Assembly: GCA_963678065.2 (NCBI GenBank) | Contig: CAXXVZ010000002.1 | Span: forward strand, 128,001-192,000 | Reading direction: 5' to 3' | Source of the DNA: Treponemataceae bacterium | GTDB taxonomy: Bacteria > Spirochaetota > Spirochaetia > Treponematales > Rectinemataceae | DNA: 64,000 bases | Part shown: positions 27,982-38,193 of the stretch, piece by piece | Layout: the number at the start of each line of letters is the position of its first letter | How positions within the stretch are numbered: the stretch's first letter is position 1 | Position numbers and translations under genes: made by a program | The notes under the pieces: model-generated | What the model was told of the DNA's origin: nothing | Seen by the model: the letters and a program-made list of their open reading frames with translations, nothing else | Database searches by the model: none

Positions 27982-28848
27982 TCAACCCTTTACTGCACCG
28001 GCCGTGAGCCCCTTGATGAAATACTTCTGCCCCGCGAGGAAGACCATGATCATGGGGAACATCGCCGATACCGATGCGGCCATGATGATGGAATAATCCG
28101 ACAGGTTCTCGTCGATGAAGCCAGCCAGGGCGACGGGTATCGTGTAGAATTTCGAGCGCGTCAGAAAAATGAGGGGCTCGAGAAAGCTGTTCCAGTTCCA
28201 CATGAAGGTGAGGACGGCGAGGGAGGCTATGGCAGGAAGCGCGAGGGGCAGCATCACCCGCCGCCAGATAGCGAATTCCCTGGCCCCGTCGATCTTGGCT
28301 GACTCGCGCAGCGAATCGGGAAGCTGCATGAAATACTGGCGCATGAGGAAGGTCCCCGTCGGAGTGACGAGCGAGGGAAGGATGATCGGCCAGTGCGTCC
28401 CCATCATGCCGAGCTTGTCGAACAGGATGAATTTGGGTATGAGAACCACTTCCTGCGGTATCATCATCGTCGACAGGTAGAGAAGGAAGAGGAAGTCGCG
28501 CCCCTTGAAGCGCAGCTTCGCGAAGGCGTATCCCGCGAGCGAGCTCGTAAACACGGCCCCGATCACGTTGATTCCCGTGACCTTGATCGAGTTGAAATAC
28601 GAGAGGGCGAACTTGTAATTCCGCGGCGCCTCGGGCAGGACGTTCCAGACGATGCCGTAATTCTGCCAGCGGAAGGTCTTGGGTATCCACCGGATCGGGA
28701 ACTCGAATATCTCCCCGGGCAATTTGAACGAGGCCGAAATCATCCAGACGAAGGGCGCTACGGCGGTGAGCGCGATGCCGAACACGAAAAGCGTGGCGAC
28801 GAAACGGATGATGCTGTCTTTTGTTTTCTGCGCGGCGAATCCCTGCAT
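27982..28848 (-). CDS. Carbohydrate ABC transporter permease (MalG-like)
   Basis: EAA loop LRESAKIDGA, PFVWMISASFK, WNSFLEPLI. Confidence 0.93.
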   Translation of the reverse strand: MQGFAAQKTKDSIIRFVATLFVFGIALTAVAPFVWMISASFKLPGEIFEFPIRWIPKTFRWQNYGIVWNVLPEAPRNYKFALSYFNSIKVTGINVIGAVFTSSLAGYAFAKLRFKGRDFLFLLYLSTMMIPQEVVLIPKFILFDKLGMMGTHWPIILPSLVTPTGTFLMRQYFMQLPDSLRESAKIDGAREFAIWRRVMLPLALPAIASLAVLTFMWNWNSFLEPLIFLTRSKFYTIPVALAGFIDENLSDYSIIMAASVSAMFPMIMVFLAGQKYFIKGLTAGAVKG

Positions 28849-29745
28849 TCAGTCCTCCTTCTTCCGCTGGCCCCGCCACTGCAGGACGGTTATGCCGAAA
28901 AGGAAGAGGAAGAGGACGACGGAGATCGTCGACGCGTAGCCCATCCTGAAGAATCTGAACGCGGCCGTATAGATGTAATAGACGAGGACATGCGAGGAAG
29001 AGCCCGGCCCCCCTTGCGTCATCGTGAATATCTGCCCGAACACCTTGAATCCGGCAACGATGAGGGTGATCGTCAGAAAGAATGTCGTGTGGGAGAGCAT
29101 GGGCAAGGTTATGCGAAAGAACTTCTGCACGGCGCCCGCCCCGTCGATTTCAGCCGATTCGTAGAGCTCGGCCGGTATCCCGCCGAGGGCCGCGGAATAA
29201 ATCATGATCGCATAACCGATGCCGAGCCACACCGACATCATGACTATCGCCGTCATGACCCATTTCGGATCCGCGAGCCAGACGGGCATTTTGAGCCCGA
29301 AACCGAGGGCGAATTTGGCGATCGGTCCCGAGGGCGCGAGGAGCACCGTCCAGACTATGGAAACCGCGACGATGTTGGAGATGTAGGGAAGGAACAAAAG
29401 CAGCTTGGCGAGATCCTTGGCCGCGACGGCCCTCTCGATCACGGTCGCGAGAACTACCGCGAGGGCTATGGTCAGCGGCACCGTCCCCGCCACGTAAAAA
29501 ATCGTATTCTTCAGCGAATCCAGAAACCAGGTATCGCGCCAGATCTCGAGATAGTTTTTACCGCCGTTGAAGCGGATCGCCCCGAATCCCTGTGTGTAAT
29601 CCCAGTTTGAAAAGCTGATGACGACGGAGAACACGAAGGGCAGGAGGGTGAATACCATGAAGATCAGAAGGTTCGGCGCGATGAATGCGTAGCCCGCGAG
29701 GGAATCATCGCCAGGCGATTTCGTTCGTTTTTTCGAAGGGCTCAT
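28849..29745 (-). CDS. Carbohydrate ABC transporter permease (MalF-like)
   Basis: IPAELYESAEIDGA, TQGGPG, MGYAS. Confidence 0.93.
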   Translation of the reverse strand: MSPSKKRTKSPGDDSLAGYAFIAPNLLIFMVFTLLPFVFSVVISFSNWDYTQGFGAIRFNGGKNYLEIWRDTWFLDSLKNTIFYVAGTVPLTIALAVVLATVIERAVAAKDLAKLLLFLPYISNIVAVSIVWTVLLAPSGPIAKFALGFGLKMPVWLADPKWVMTAIVMMSVWLGIGYAIMIYSAALGGIPAELYESAEIDGAGAVQKFFRITLPMLSHTTFFLTITLIVAGFKVFGQIFTMTQGGPGSSSHVLVYYIYTAAFRFFRMGYASTISVVLFLFLFGITVLQWRGQRKKED

Positions 29746-29877
29746 GGCGGTCCTTGTGTGGCTTTGCGCCCGGCAGGGTACACCCCTTCCGGGCGGAGCG
29801 TGCGCGGCGCAAGAAAAAGTGTCCGGCACGCGGCCTGCGTACCGGACATGCTTCTCAGGACAGAATAGGAAGGAAAA

Positions 29878-31173
29878 TCACTTCGCCGCGAGAATGACGT
29901 CCGAACGCTTCTTCGCATCGACGAGGGCCTGCCTGGTCGTTTTCTGGCCGAGCATGGCGAGTTCGAATTCCTCGGTCACGATGGCGACTACCTGGGGATC
30001 GGCGTAGGTTTCGACGAGGAAGGTCTTGGCCGGCGTGAGGAATCCGTTGATCGTGCTCGGGCGGTCGAAGAGCTTCTCCGCGCCTTTCAGGGCCGCAGCT
30101 TCGAGCTTGTCCATATCGGTCTTGACGTAGAGCGGGAAACGGCCAAAGGGAGCCATGGGGATGATCCCGCCTTCGACGTACCACTTCACGAAGGCCCAGG
30201 CTGCGTCGATATTCTTGGATTTGGGGTTGATGCAGATCTGGTCGCCGGGTCCGCCGGCCATGTAGTAGGTCCCCTTCGTGTTGTCGGAAGGAAGCGGAAC
30301 ATAGGCGGCCACGAAGTCGTGGGGGTAGCTCGCCACATTCTTGATGTCCCTGTAGAGCCAGCTTCCGTACACCATGGCGACCTTGCCGCTGCAGAAGAGG
30401 GCGGCGCCCTGGAGTTTCTGGCTGATGGAATCGGCGTGGCTGGGGATGCTGCCTTCGTTCATCATGTCGATGATGGTGCCCAGGGCTTTTTCATAGACCG
30501 GATTGTTGAGGGCAGTGGACTTGCGGTCTTTGGAATACATGGCGTTGCCGCCGAGATTCACGCCGGCGAATTCCAGGGCGAGGGTTTTGTAGGAATTGGT
30601 CTGGAGGAAAGCGCCGTAGACTTTGTTGTCTCCTGATCCCTTCGTGAGTTTTTTGGCGATGGCGCGGAACTCGTCGAGGGTCCAGGACTTGGGAATGGGG
30701 ATTCCCGCCGCGTCGAACATGTTTTTGTTGACCCAGAAGCCGTTGTTGTAGGTCTTGGAAGCGATGCCGTAAGCCTTGTCGTCGACCCTGGAGATCATGG
30801 CTCCCTCGGAACCGATGGCCGCTTCGAGGTCGAAACCTGACTTCTGCATGTAGGGCGTAAGTTCGAGCGCCATGTTGCCCTGGGCGCGCTTTCGCAGGCG
30901 ATCGGTCGTGTAGGTGACGTAGATGTCGATGTCGCCGCCGGCGAGGAGGTTGGTCTCGAGTTTCATGTTGCCCTGATCATCGTTGACGAAGCGCTCGTAC
31001 TCGATGGAATAGCCCTTGGACGCGAATTCCTTGTTGAAGAGATCGCAGACCTGCTGGGGCCCCGACTCGGGCGGCACGCCGCCCCACATGAGCAGCCTTA
31101 TGGGCGCGGCAGCAGCCGGCATGGCGGCGAGGGCGATCATCGCGAGCAGGATGAACCAAGTATTTTTCCGCAT
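29878..31173 (-). CDS. Sugar ABC transporter substrate-binding protein
   Basis: Sec signal MRKNTWF...AAMPAAA. NKNMFDAAGI, WTLDEF, FCSGKVAM..G.W, AAWAFVKW. GGAGG RBS. Confidence 0.9.
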   Translation of the reverse strand: MRKNTWFILLAMIALAAMPAAAAPIRLLMWGGVPPESGPQQVCDLFNKEFASKGYSIEYERFVNDDQGNMKLETNLLAGGDIDIYVTYTTDRLRKRAQGNMALELTPYMQKSGFDLEAAIGSEGAMISRVDDKAYGIASKTYNNGFWVNKNMFDAAGIPIPKSWTLDEFRAIAKKLTKGSGDNKVYGAFLQTNSYKTLALEFAGVNLGGNAMYSKDRKSTALNNPVYEKALGTIIDMMNEGSIPSHADSISQKLQGAALFCSGKVAMVYGSWLYRDIKNVASYPHDFVAAYVPLPSDNTKGTYYMAGGPGDQICINPKSKNIDAAWAFVKWYVEGGIIPMAPFGRFPLYVKTDMDKLEAAALKGAEKLFDRPSTINGFLTPAKTFLVETYADPQVVAIVTEEFELAMLGQKTTRQALVDAKKRSDVILAAK

Positions 31174-31294
31174 GGGAAGCCTCCGTTGGATTGAGTGGTT
31201 CCAGTATCCGGCCACTTTTCCGATCGTGTAACGATGAGTCCTGCGGAACTCGCTACGGAAACTGCCGGCGAAGGACGGAAATCGACAAGCGATA

Positions 31295-31327
31295 TCGCGA
31301 TCCTGCTTTTTCCAGTCGCGATTCTGC
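31295..31327 (-). promoter_or_regulatory. Direct repeat GCAG(A/G)ATCGCGA, 21-bp period; candidate site for the AraC-type response regulator
   Basis: Plus-strand TCGCGATCCTGC 31295-31306 and TCGCGATTCTGC 31316-31327, upstream of the SBP gene. Confidence 0.5.
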
Positions 31328-31400
31328 CTCGCGCAGCAAACCCGCGGCGCGATGCTTGAATCCCGCGGCGCGATGCGATGCCTGAAACCCGCCTTCCGGA

Positions 31401-32969
31401 TCAGCGCCCGCGCAGCTCGTTCGGAGTGACGCCGAACGCGCGCCTGAACAGAAGACCGAAGTGGTTGGGGCTTTCCACACCCACGGCGTCCGCGATCTGC
31501 CGCACGAGGAGATCGGTAGTCAGAAGAAGTTCCCGCGCGCGCTCCATCCTCGAGCGGTTCACGAAATCGATGAAGGAGACTCCGATTTCTCTCTTGAAAA
31601 TGTGCGCGAAATGGCTCGGACTCATGCCGGCGCGATCGGCGGCCTCCTCGACCGTATACTGCCGCGCGAGATCCGAGAGGACCCAGCGCCTGACTTCCGC
31701 GACTTCGCGTCTGAGTCCCGCGCGCGCGGCCGCCTCCCTGCAAAAGGCCTCCACGAAGGAGGGGAGCTTCCCTTCGATATCTCCGAGCGTGCGGGCGGAG
31801 CGAACCATGTCGTCGGGCGATTCGATTCCCTCTCCGGCGTCCTGCTTTTTTTCAAGCTCGAAGCCGAGCGAGCGAGCCCTCTCCTTGAAAGGCGAGAAGG
31901 CATCGATGGCGAGCGAGGCGAGCCTGTCGGCATCCTTGTCGGCGGCGGAGCGCAGCAATGAGAATACCGCGCCGAGATCCGCAAGCGCGGACCGCGTGTC
32001 CAGGGCCTCCACGCTCCTCCTGATCCGGACACATGCCGCCGCGTACGCCTCCGGGCTGAAAACGCTCTCTTCGCCGCAATCCCCCCTCGCCCCCGACCTT
32101 GTCGCGCCGGCCACGGCATCATCGGCAAAAAAGAGGGGTGGTCCGTACCTGAATGCCGCCCGCACGGCGCCCCTGGCCTCGTGGAAAGCGCCCGCCAGTT
32201 CCGACGGACGCCCGGCGAGCCGGGATAAGCCTCCCCGAGGCAGGCGGCCCAGGTAGCGCCCTCCGAATTCCTCGGCGAGAGCGAAAACTTCGGCCGCCGC
32301 GCCCCGCCCCTCGTTTTTCAGCGCAAGCAGGGCCCTCCTGCCGGAAACGGCCGATCCGATTATCCTGCAATCGGCCCGGGCAAGCTCGCGGACGAGCTGG
32401 GCCAGGGCTGGATCTCCGCCTGATCCCTCCGCCGGATCGAAGTCGAGGAAGAGTATCCGATAGGGGCGCTCGAAGGCGGGGTCGGCAAAAGCGAAAAGAG
32501 CCTCACCGCGCATGAGCGTCAAAGCGGCCGCGGCGAATCCGGCCGCGGCGCAGGCGCTTCCGCCATCCGGACCCGCCAAGCGCCCCGTCGAGCCTGTCCT
32601 TTTCCCGAGCGCGCGAGAGAATGACTCGAGCAATTCCGGAGTCTTGAGGCTGAGTTTGAAGACATAATCGTCCGCTCCGGCCCGCATCGCCTCGCGCACG
32701 AGCTCGAAATCGTTCCGGCAGGAGAGGACAATTATGGCGACGCCCTGATTGTCCGCGCGAAGCCTGCGGATCAGCTCCAGGCCGTCGCCTTCGGCCATGA
32801 CGAGGTCCGTCAGGACGATATCCGGATCGAGCCTCGCGACGACGGACGCGCCCTCGATCCCGCCTGCAGCCTCCCCGACGACGCTGTACCCGGCCTCGCC
32901 GTCGTCCAGAAGGGACCTGATGCCGATGCGGACCAGGATTTCATCATCGACAACGACAACGCGTCTCAT
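31401..32969 (-). CDS. YesN-type response regulator (REC + AraC HTH)
   Basis: VVDDE, VLTDLVM, ADDYVFK. C-terminal HFAHIFKREIG...HFGLLFRRAFGVTP. Confidence 0.92.
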   Translation of the reverse strand: MRRVVVVDDEILVRIGIRSLLDDGEAGYSVVGEAAGGIEGASVVARLDPDIVLTDLVMAEGDGLELIRRLRADNQGVAIIVLSCRNDFELVREAMRAGADDYVFKLSLKTPELLESFSRALGKRTGSTGRLAGPDGGSACAAAGFAAAALTLMRGEALFAFADPAFERPYRILFLDFDPAEGSGGDPALAQLVRELARADCRIIGSAVSGRRALLALKNEGRGAAAEVFALAEEFGGRYLGRLPRGGLSRLAGRPSELAGAFHEARGAVRAAFRYGPPLFFADDAVAGATRSGARGDCGEESVFSPEAYAAACVRIRRSVEALDTRSALADLGAVFSLLRSAADKDADRLASLAIDAFSPFKERARSLGFELEKKQDAGEGIESPDDMVRSARTLGDIEGKLPSFVEAFCREAAARAGLRREVAEVRRWVLSDLARQYTVEEAADRAGMSPSHFAHIFKREIGVSFIDFVNRSRMERARELLLTTDLLVRQIADAVGVESPNHFGLLFRRAFGVTPNELRGR

Positions 32970-34828
32970 CGTGTTTCCACCTCGTCGCTCGCAGGTATCC
33001 GTATCCTGACCACCGCGCCACCCCCTTCGCGGGCCTCGAGTTCGAGCGAAGAGGCGGGGCCGTAGGTGATGGCGAGCATGTCCCGCACGTTCGCGATGCC
33101 GAGACCCTCGTCGGGCTTCGCCTCGGTTCCGGCCACGGCTTTAGCTCCGGCCGGAGACGCCGGCCCGCTATCCTGCCCATGCGCTGCTCCGGGACCCACG
33201 CCCCGATCGGCCACTTCGATGACCAAGGTCCCCCCTCCGGTATGCGCGGAAATTTCCACCAGTCCCTCCTTCGAGACGCCCCTGTAGCCGTGAACGACAC
33301 AGTTCTCGACCAGGGGCTGAAGCATGAACCGGAGTACCCCGGCATCCAGAAGTCTCTCCGGAACCTGAATCCCGAGGGCGAATCTCCCGCCGTACCTGAT
33401 ATTCTGGATCGCAAGATAGTTCTCGACACTTTTGAGCTCCTCTCTGAGCGTGGAGCGGTCGCCGCCCTTGCCCATGCTGTATGACAGAAGTCCCGAGAGG
33501 TGATCCAGAGCCTCGACCATATTATCTGCCTTCCGCAGTATGGCCATCCAGCGGAGGGAATTGAGACTGTTGAACAGGAAGTGCGGGTTGAGTTGGGCGC
33601 TGAGTGCCCGGTAGCGGTAGAGTTCCTTCACTGCGTGTTCGCGCTGGAGACTCGCGATGAGTTCTCCGACCTTGCGCTCGAGGCGGAGGAAAGAGCGGTC
33701 GAGCCTCCCTATCTCATCCTGCCTCTCTAGTATTCCGCCGCCTTCCGGAACTTCGGGAACCGGATTGTCGGGACTCCAGGCCTCCATCCTCCGCGAGAGC
33801 TGCGATATGGGTTTTACGATCCTCCGCGATGCGAAGTACGAAGCCACGAGGGCGAACAGAAGCAGAACAATGAAGGATGGGGCAAAGAGCGCGCGGAGGC
33901 TCGCAAAGCGCCTCGCGAGGTTGCCGTAGTCGTAGAGGACGACGAGAGTCCAGCCCTGCTCCCTCAGCTCGGCGGGCAGTCCCGTGAGTCTTCTGCCTGC
34001 GGCGAGATACCCGCCGGTTTTCAATCCGGAGGAACCCTTCCCTCCGGCAAAGAGGCTTGCCGCGAGGCCTGTCGCCGCGGCTATGGTGCCGCCCGTCACG
34101 GGCAGATTGGCCGTATCGACGAGGACGCCCCCCGGCGTGACGAGGAGGGCCGAGAAATTGGCGCTCGCTCTCCTCTCCCGGAAATACTTCCGGAAAGCCT
34201 CCCGCTCCGCCTGAAAAATGACGACCCCTGTGGGCTCTCCCCGGCCCGCCGGCATCGATCGAGCCACCGATACGAGGAGCTCGTTTTTCCCTTCCTCCAC
34301 GACGAATGAGGGACTGAAGCCTTCCCAGACGAGATGACCCGCCTGGGCCTCGGCTTTTCTGGCTATCGGCAGCCCGGCGAGAAAGGCGTAATCGTGAAAA
34401 TTTCTCGACCAGCTCGTGAAAATGCGATTCCGACCCAGGATCGCGCTCTGACCCAGGATCGTGTAGCGTATGGAATCCCTCCCTGGGATGGCCGCGAGGA
34501 CGGATTCGACGGCGCGGTCCACGATCCGGACCCGCTCGTATTCCGGTCTGTCCGAAACCAGGGCGTGCCTGACCTCCTCGTCGTTCGCGACGACACCCGA
34601 AACGGCGACGAGATCGGCGAGAAACTGCGTGAGGTCCCGCTCGGATCGGTCCAGCGAACTCTGCAGCTCGCCGTCGACGGATTGCCTGACCGCCCCTTCA
34701 AAAAGCGTGAGCCCCGCCACGAAGAGCAGACCCGCGGGCACGACGACAGCGGCCGCGACCACAAGAAAAAATCTCGCCGTAAGCCGCGAACGGACGGAAT
34801 CGGCGATATGGCCGGCAAGTCTGAACAT
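32966..34828 (-). CDS. YesM-type sensor histidine kinase
   Basis: Two TM helices, HAMP DEIGRL, AQLNPHFLFNSL, LQPLVEN, DRGVG, GLGIANV. Confidence 0.92.
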   Translation of the reverse strand: MFRLAGHIADSVRSRLTARFFLVVAAAVVVPAGLLFVAGLTLFEGAVRQSVDGELQSSLDRSERDLTQFLADLVAVSGVVANDEEVRHALVSDRPEYERVRIVDRAVESVLAAIPGRDSIRYTILGQSAILGRNRIFTSWSRNFHDYAFLAGLPIARKAEAQAGHLVWEGFSPSFVVEEGKNELLVSVARSMPAGRGEPTGVVIFQAEREAFRKYFRERRASANFSALLVTPGGVLVDTANLPVTGGTIAAATGLAASLFAGGKGSSGLKTGGYLAAGRRLTGLPAELREQGWTLVVLYDYGNLARRFASLRALFAPSFIVLLLFALVASYFASRRIVKPISQLSRRMEAWSPDNPVPEVPEGGGILERQDEIGRLDRSFLRLERKVGELIASLQREHAVKELYRYRALSAQLNPHFLFNSLNSLRWMAILRKADNMVEALDHLSGLLSYSMGKGGDRSTLREELKSVENYLAIQNIRYGGRFALGIQVPERLLDAGVLRFMLQPLVENCVVHGYRGVSKEGLVEISAHTGGGTLVIEVADRGVGPGAAHGQDSGPASPAGAKAVAGTEAKPDEGLGIANVRDMLAITYGPASSLELEAREGGGAVVRIRIPASDEVETR

Positions 34829-34878
34829 GGAAAGGAGTCTAGCACGGAGTTGCGGCAGGAAGTAGAAGCGGATACAGC

Positions 34879-36084
34879 TCAGGATCCGAAGTAGATATCC
34901 GCGAGGCAGAGCGCGCCGCCCACGAGCGGCGCGGCCTCGCCTGATTCCGAAAACATGATCCGGAGCGTCTTCGGCATTTTCGTGATCGCGAGCCCCTGCG
35001 CGAATTCCATGATACGGTCGAGGAAGCCCTGTCCGGCTTCCGTATAGACGCCCGACAGCATGATGACGTCCGGATTCAGAATGAGGTTGATATTGTTGAG
35101 TCCGATGGCCATCCACCTCGCGATCTCATCCATGAAGAGAGCCGCTTCGCGCTCGCCTCGCCGGAACCCGGAGAACACTGTGGCCAGATCCCGGGGACTT
35201 TTTCCGCCAGCGCGCGAAAGAAGCCTCCAAGGGCTCACCTGTTGCTCGAAACATCCAGTGCTTCCGCAATTGCAGGTCCCCGTTTCCACCGGATTGATCA
35301 TCATGTGGCCCAGCTCGCCGGCCAGGTTTTCGCTCCCGCGCAGGACACGCCCGTCCATGACAATTCCGGCTCCGAGTCCCTCCCATCCGCAATACACGTG
35401 GACGACGGAGGAGTCACCCTGCCTTCTTCCTCTGCGACACTCGGTCAGCGCGCTCATCCTGAGGATATTGTCGACCCGCACGGGCATATCGGCGCCCAGA
35501 CACTCCGTCAGCATCTTCTGAAGCGGAAGATCGGTACCCCACGAGGGGAAACGCGCGGCGGTACGGATGATCCCGGCATCCGTATCCACGACACCCTGCG
35601 TCGCGACGGCCATCCCGAGTATCTCGCGGTCTCTGCAACCGGGGAAGGCGCGAATCTGCGCGACGAATTTCGCGATCCTGCCGACGACGGAAGGCGCGTC
35701 CTCGTCATCGTACAATTCCTCGCGGACAATGTGCCGTATGCGGGCCAGGGAATCGGTCACGGCCATATCGAGGCTGTTTCCGCAGATGCTGACGGCGATG
35801 ATGCAGGCACAGGAAGCATTGAAGTCATAGAGGTGCGGGGGCTTGCCGGTCGGACGCGCACCCTTCACCCCCTTGGGGTCGACATGTATCGCCAGCCGCT
35901 TTTCACACAACCTGTCCGCAACCCTGAGTACGGTGCCGCGGCTCAGCGCAGAAGCCTCCATCAGGGCAGCTGTCGAAGAGACACCGCGCGCTCTCAGGAT
36001 GCCGAGCATGGTCTTCTGGTTTTCCCTCTCGTCACTGTCGTAGGGATCCTTCATGGCCGGAGTCTTCGTGTCGGGGGCTTCCAT
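34879..36084 (-). CDS. ROK-family transcriptional regulator
   Basis: N-terminal HTH, GAGIV.DG, AGELGH, CNCGSTGCFE zinc motif. Confidence 0.9.
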   Translation of the reverse strand: MEAPDTKTPAMKDPYDSDERENQKTMLGILRARGVSSTAALMEASALSRGTVLRVADRLCEKRLAIHVDPKGVKGARPTGKPPHLYDFNASCACIIAVSICGNSLDMAVTDSLARIRHIVREELYDDEDAPSVVGRIAKFVAQIRAFPGCRDREILGMAVATQGVVDTDAGIIRTAARFPSWGTDLPLQKMLTECLGADMPVRVDNILRMSALTECRRGRRQGDSSVVHVYCGWEGLGAGIVMDGRVLRGSENLAGELGHMMINPVETGTCNCGSTGCFEQQVSPWRLLSRAGGKSPRDLATVFSGFRRGEREAALFMDEIARWMAIGLNNINLILNPDVIMLSGVYTEAGQGFLDRIMEFAQGLAITKMPKTLRIMFSESGEAAPLVGGALCLADIYFGS

Positions 36085-36227
36085 CTTGGAACGACATCAT
36101 ATCACGGTATCAAAATATCGCAAGAACAAATGCTGTGCAAAGTGCGTGGCAGAGGACAGCCGCTCATCGCAATACAGGGCGCACGCGCGTGCACCGGGAA
36201 CAACCTGGCAGCGCAGTTCGGTTTCGG

Positions 36228-36842
36228 CTAACGCGCCACCGGCTGGCGGATGATCGTCCTCAATTTCTCCGGCGCCACGCGCCGCGCATCGGAGAGATAT
36301 ATCTCGCGGTGGAATCCTTCTTTTCTCAGACCTGAAGTGTCGATATACGCGTGGAGCCGCGCGATGGTCGGCGGTTCGTCGTCGTAGGGGCCGAGATGAA
36401 GGATCTGTGCCGCCTCATGGGCTTTTCTGCGCTCGAATCGCAGGTCGGCGAGGGCGGGAGAGGCGTCTTTCTTGGCCCGTGCCGATTCAATCGCGGCACG
36501 CGCGTCCGCCTCGGCGATGAAATCGGGCTGAACGATCATGAGTGTCCATTTCCACTCGGCCGTGCGCTCCATCGAAAACTGGACCATGTCCTCGCACCAC
36601 CAGTCACCTTCGAGGCCGAGGACGCCCCAGTCGAGGCCGCGCGATTTCTTGAGCGCGAACTTGAGCGTGAAGCTCGCCGCATAGAGCGCCGCGACGCCGT
36701 CCTGGAAGCGCTGCGAGCCATTGGGGTCGCCTGAGCCGTCTACGGCGAAGACGGCGAGTTCGGGCACGGAGACAAGGGCAGGTTCGGCTTTGGCCGAGTA
36801 GAGCTCTTTGTAGATCTTCTTCAGATCGATCTTTTCGGACAT
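36228..36842 (-). CDS. GyrI-like small-molecule-binding domain protein
   Basis: KIDLKKIYKELY, GSGDPN, LEGDWW, WTLMIVQP, HLGPYDDE, HREIYLSD.R...EKLRTIIRQPV. Confidence 0.88.
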   Translation of the reverse strand: MSEKIDLKKIYKELYSAKAEPALVSVPELAVFAVDGSGDPNGSQRFQDGVAALYAASFTLKFALKKSRGLDWGVLGLEGDWWCEDMVQFSMERTAEWKWTLMIVQPDFIAEADARAAIESARAKKDASPALADLRFERRKAHEAAQILHLGPYDDEPPTIARLHAYIDTSGLRKEGFHREIYLSDARRVAPEKLRTIIRQPVAR

Positions 36843-37013
36843 GTCGTCCCTCCTCTTTTGCTCGCGGCGGCGGAATGGTCTGCCGGGACGGCGGGCGCAA
36901 CGGCCTCGCCGCTCCGGCATGTGGCATAATACCACAAAAACTCCAGGACAGTCTTTGCCACGGCATTTCAGTATGCCGGGGACGGTCACTTCCCCTTCGC
37001 TGCTCCGTGCCGA

Positions 37014-38018
37014 CTAAAGCGGGCGAACCGGTTCGCAGATGTCGAGGATAAACTTGTGTTCCGGGTGGGTCTCCGGATCGTTGACGTAGAGTTCGTAGCA
37101 CATCCTGTCGTCGGGCTGCCAGCCGGATGAGGGAAACCACTCGCCCATGAGAAGATCCCAGGCCTCGCCGAACTGATCCATGGTGATCGCGAAATGCGCG
37201 ACGGCGAATTTCCCGCCCGGAATGACCATGAGGGAGATTCCATTCGAGATCTCGGTCCCGGCGGGTACGGTGACACAGGCGCTCGAGCGGAGCTTGTCCG
37301 GGTCCGTCACTTCGGGGCTGTCGTGGTAGACGGCGAGGGTCTTCGCGTCGGGGACCGAATAGAATCCGCGGGGTCCGGCCCAGCGGCCGAGCCTCTCGAA
37401 CGCTTCGCCCATCCCGCTGTAGGGACCGATGTGGCGCGCGTATGCGACATGGAGTTCGGGAAGGTCTTTCACTTCCACAGTGTAGCTGAGCTTGGACATG
37501 GGGAGCCTCCGTTCATCAATCGTGATGAAAGGAATGTACTCCCCCGCTCCGGGATTCTCTTGCCCGGGAGTGCCCAGCGCATTGCGCGCAGTGCCGGATT
37601 CTTTGCCGATCATGCCGGCCACTTTGCTACCCTTGCGCCCGGCGGGCATGCCGTCGAGGTCCCGACCGCGGCCGCTCCGCCACTCGCTCGCCGATACGGA
37701 AAATCGCTCTCTGAATGCGCGGGAAAAGACACTCGGGCTCGAGAAGCCGCAGGCCATGGCTATCTCGGTGACCGATTCCAGAGGATGGTCCGTCAGCCGC
37801 GAAGCCGCGCGCTCGAGCCTCGTGCGCTTGAGGAAATCCCCGACCGTTTCGCCGACTACGCCGGCGAACACCCTGTGAAAATGGAAGCGCGAAAAGGCAG
37901 CCACATCGGCAAGATCGTCGATGGAGAGATCTTCGCCGTAATGTGCGTAAATATAGTCGATGACACGCTCTATCCGCGCGCAGTATTCGCGCCTGAGCAG
38001 CTCTTCCCGTGTCGCCAT
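37014..38018 (-). CDS. AraC-family regulator fused to GyrI-like effector domain
   Basis: LADVAAFSRFHFHRVF, CGFSSPSVFSRAF. C-terminal HIGPY, YHDSP, PGGKFAV, EWFP.SG, YELY. Start may lie slightly further upstream. Confidence 0.92.
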   Translation of the reverse strand: MATREELLRREYCARIERVIDYIYAHYGEDLSIDDLADVAAFSRFHFHRVFAGVVGETVGDFLKRTRLERAASRLTDHPLESVTEIAMACGFSSPSVFSRAFRERFSVSASEWRSGRGRDLDGMPAGRKGSKVAGMIGKESGTARNALGTPGQENPGAGEYIPFITIDERRLPMSKLSYTVEVKDLPELHVAYARHIGPYSGMGEAFERLGRWAGPRGFYSVPDAKTLAVYHDSPEVTDPDKLRSSACVTVPAGTEISNGISLMVIPGGKFAVAHFAITMDQFGEAWDLLMGEWFPSSGWQPDDRMCYELYVNDPETHPEHKFILDICEPVRPL

Positions 38019-38193
38019 GCCGTTCTCCATGTACACATCTGTATAGTCTATTTTACCAGAGGATGCGACAAGACGCAAGGCAAATACTGCCGCGCCGACG
38101 CATCATGCCTATCCGGATAGTGCAATGGGTAATGACCTCCTGCCTCTCGTTGGCATGTTCTCCTAAAGTTGCCGCCGCAGGACGAACACCATA

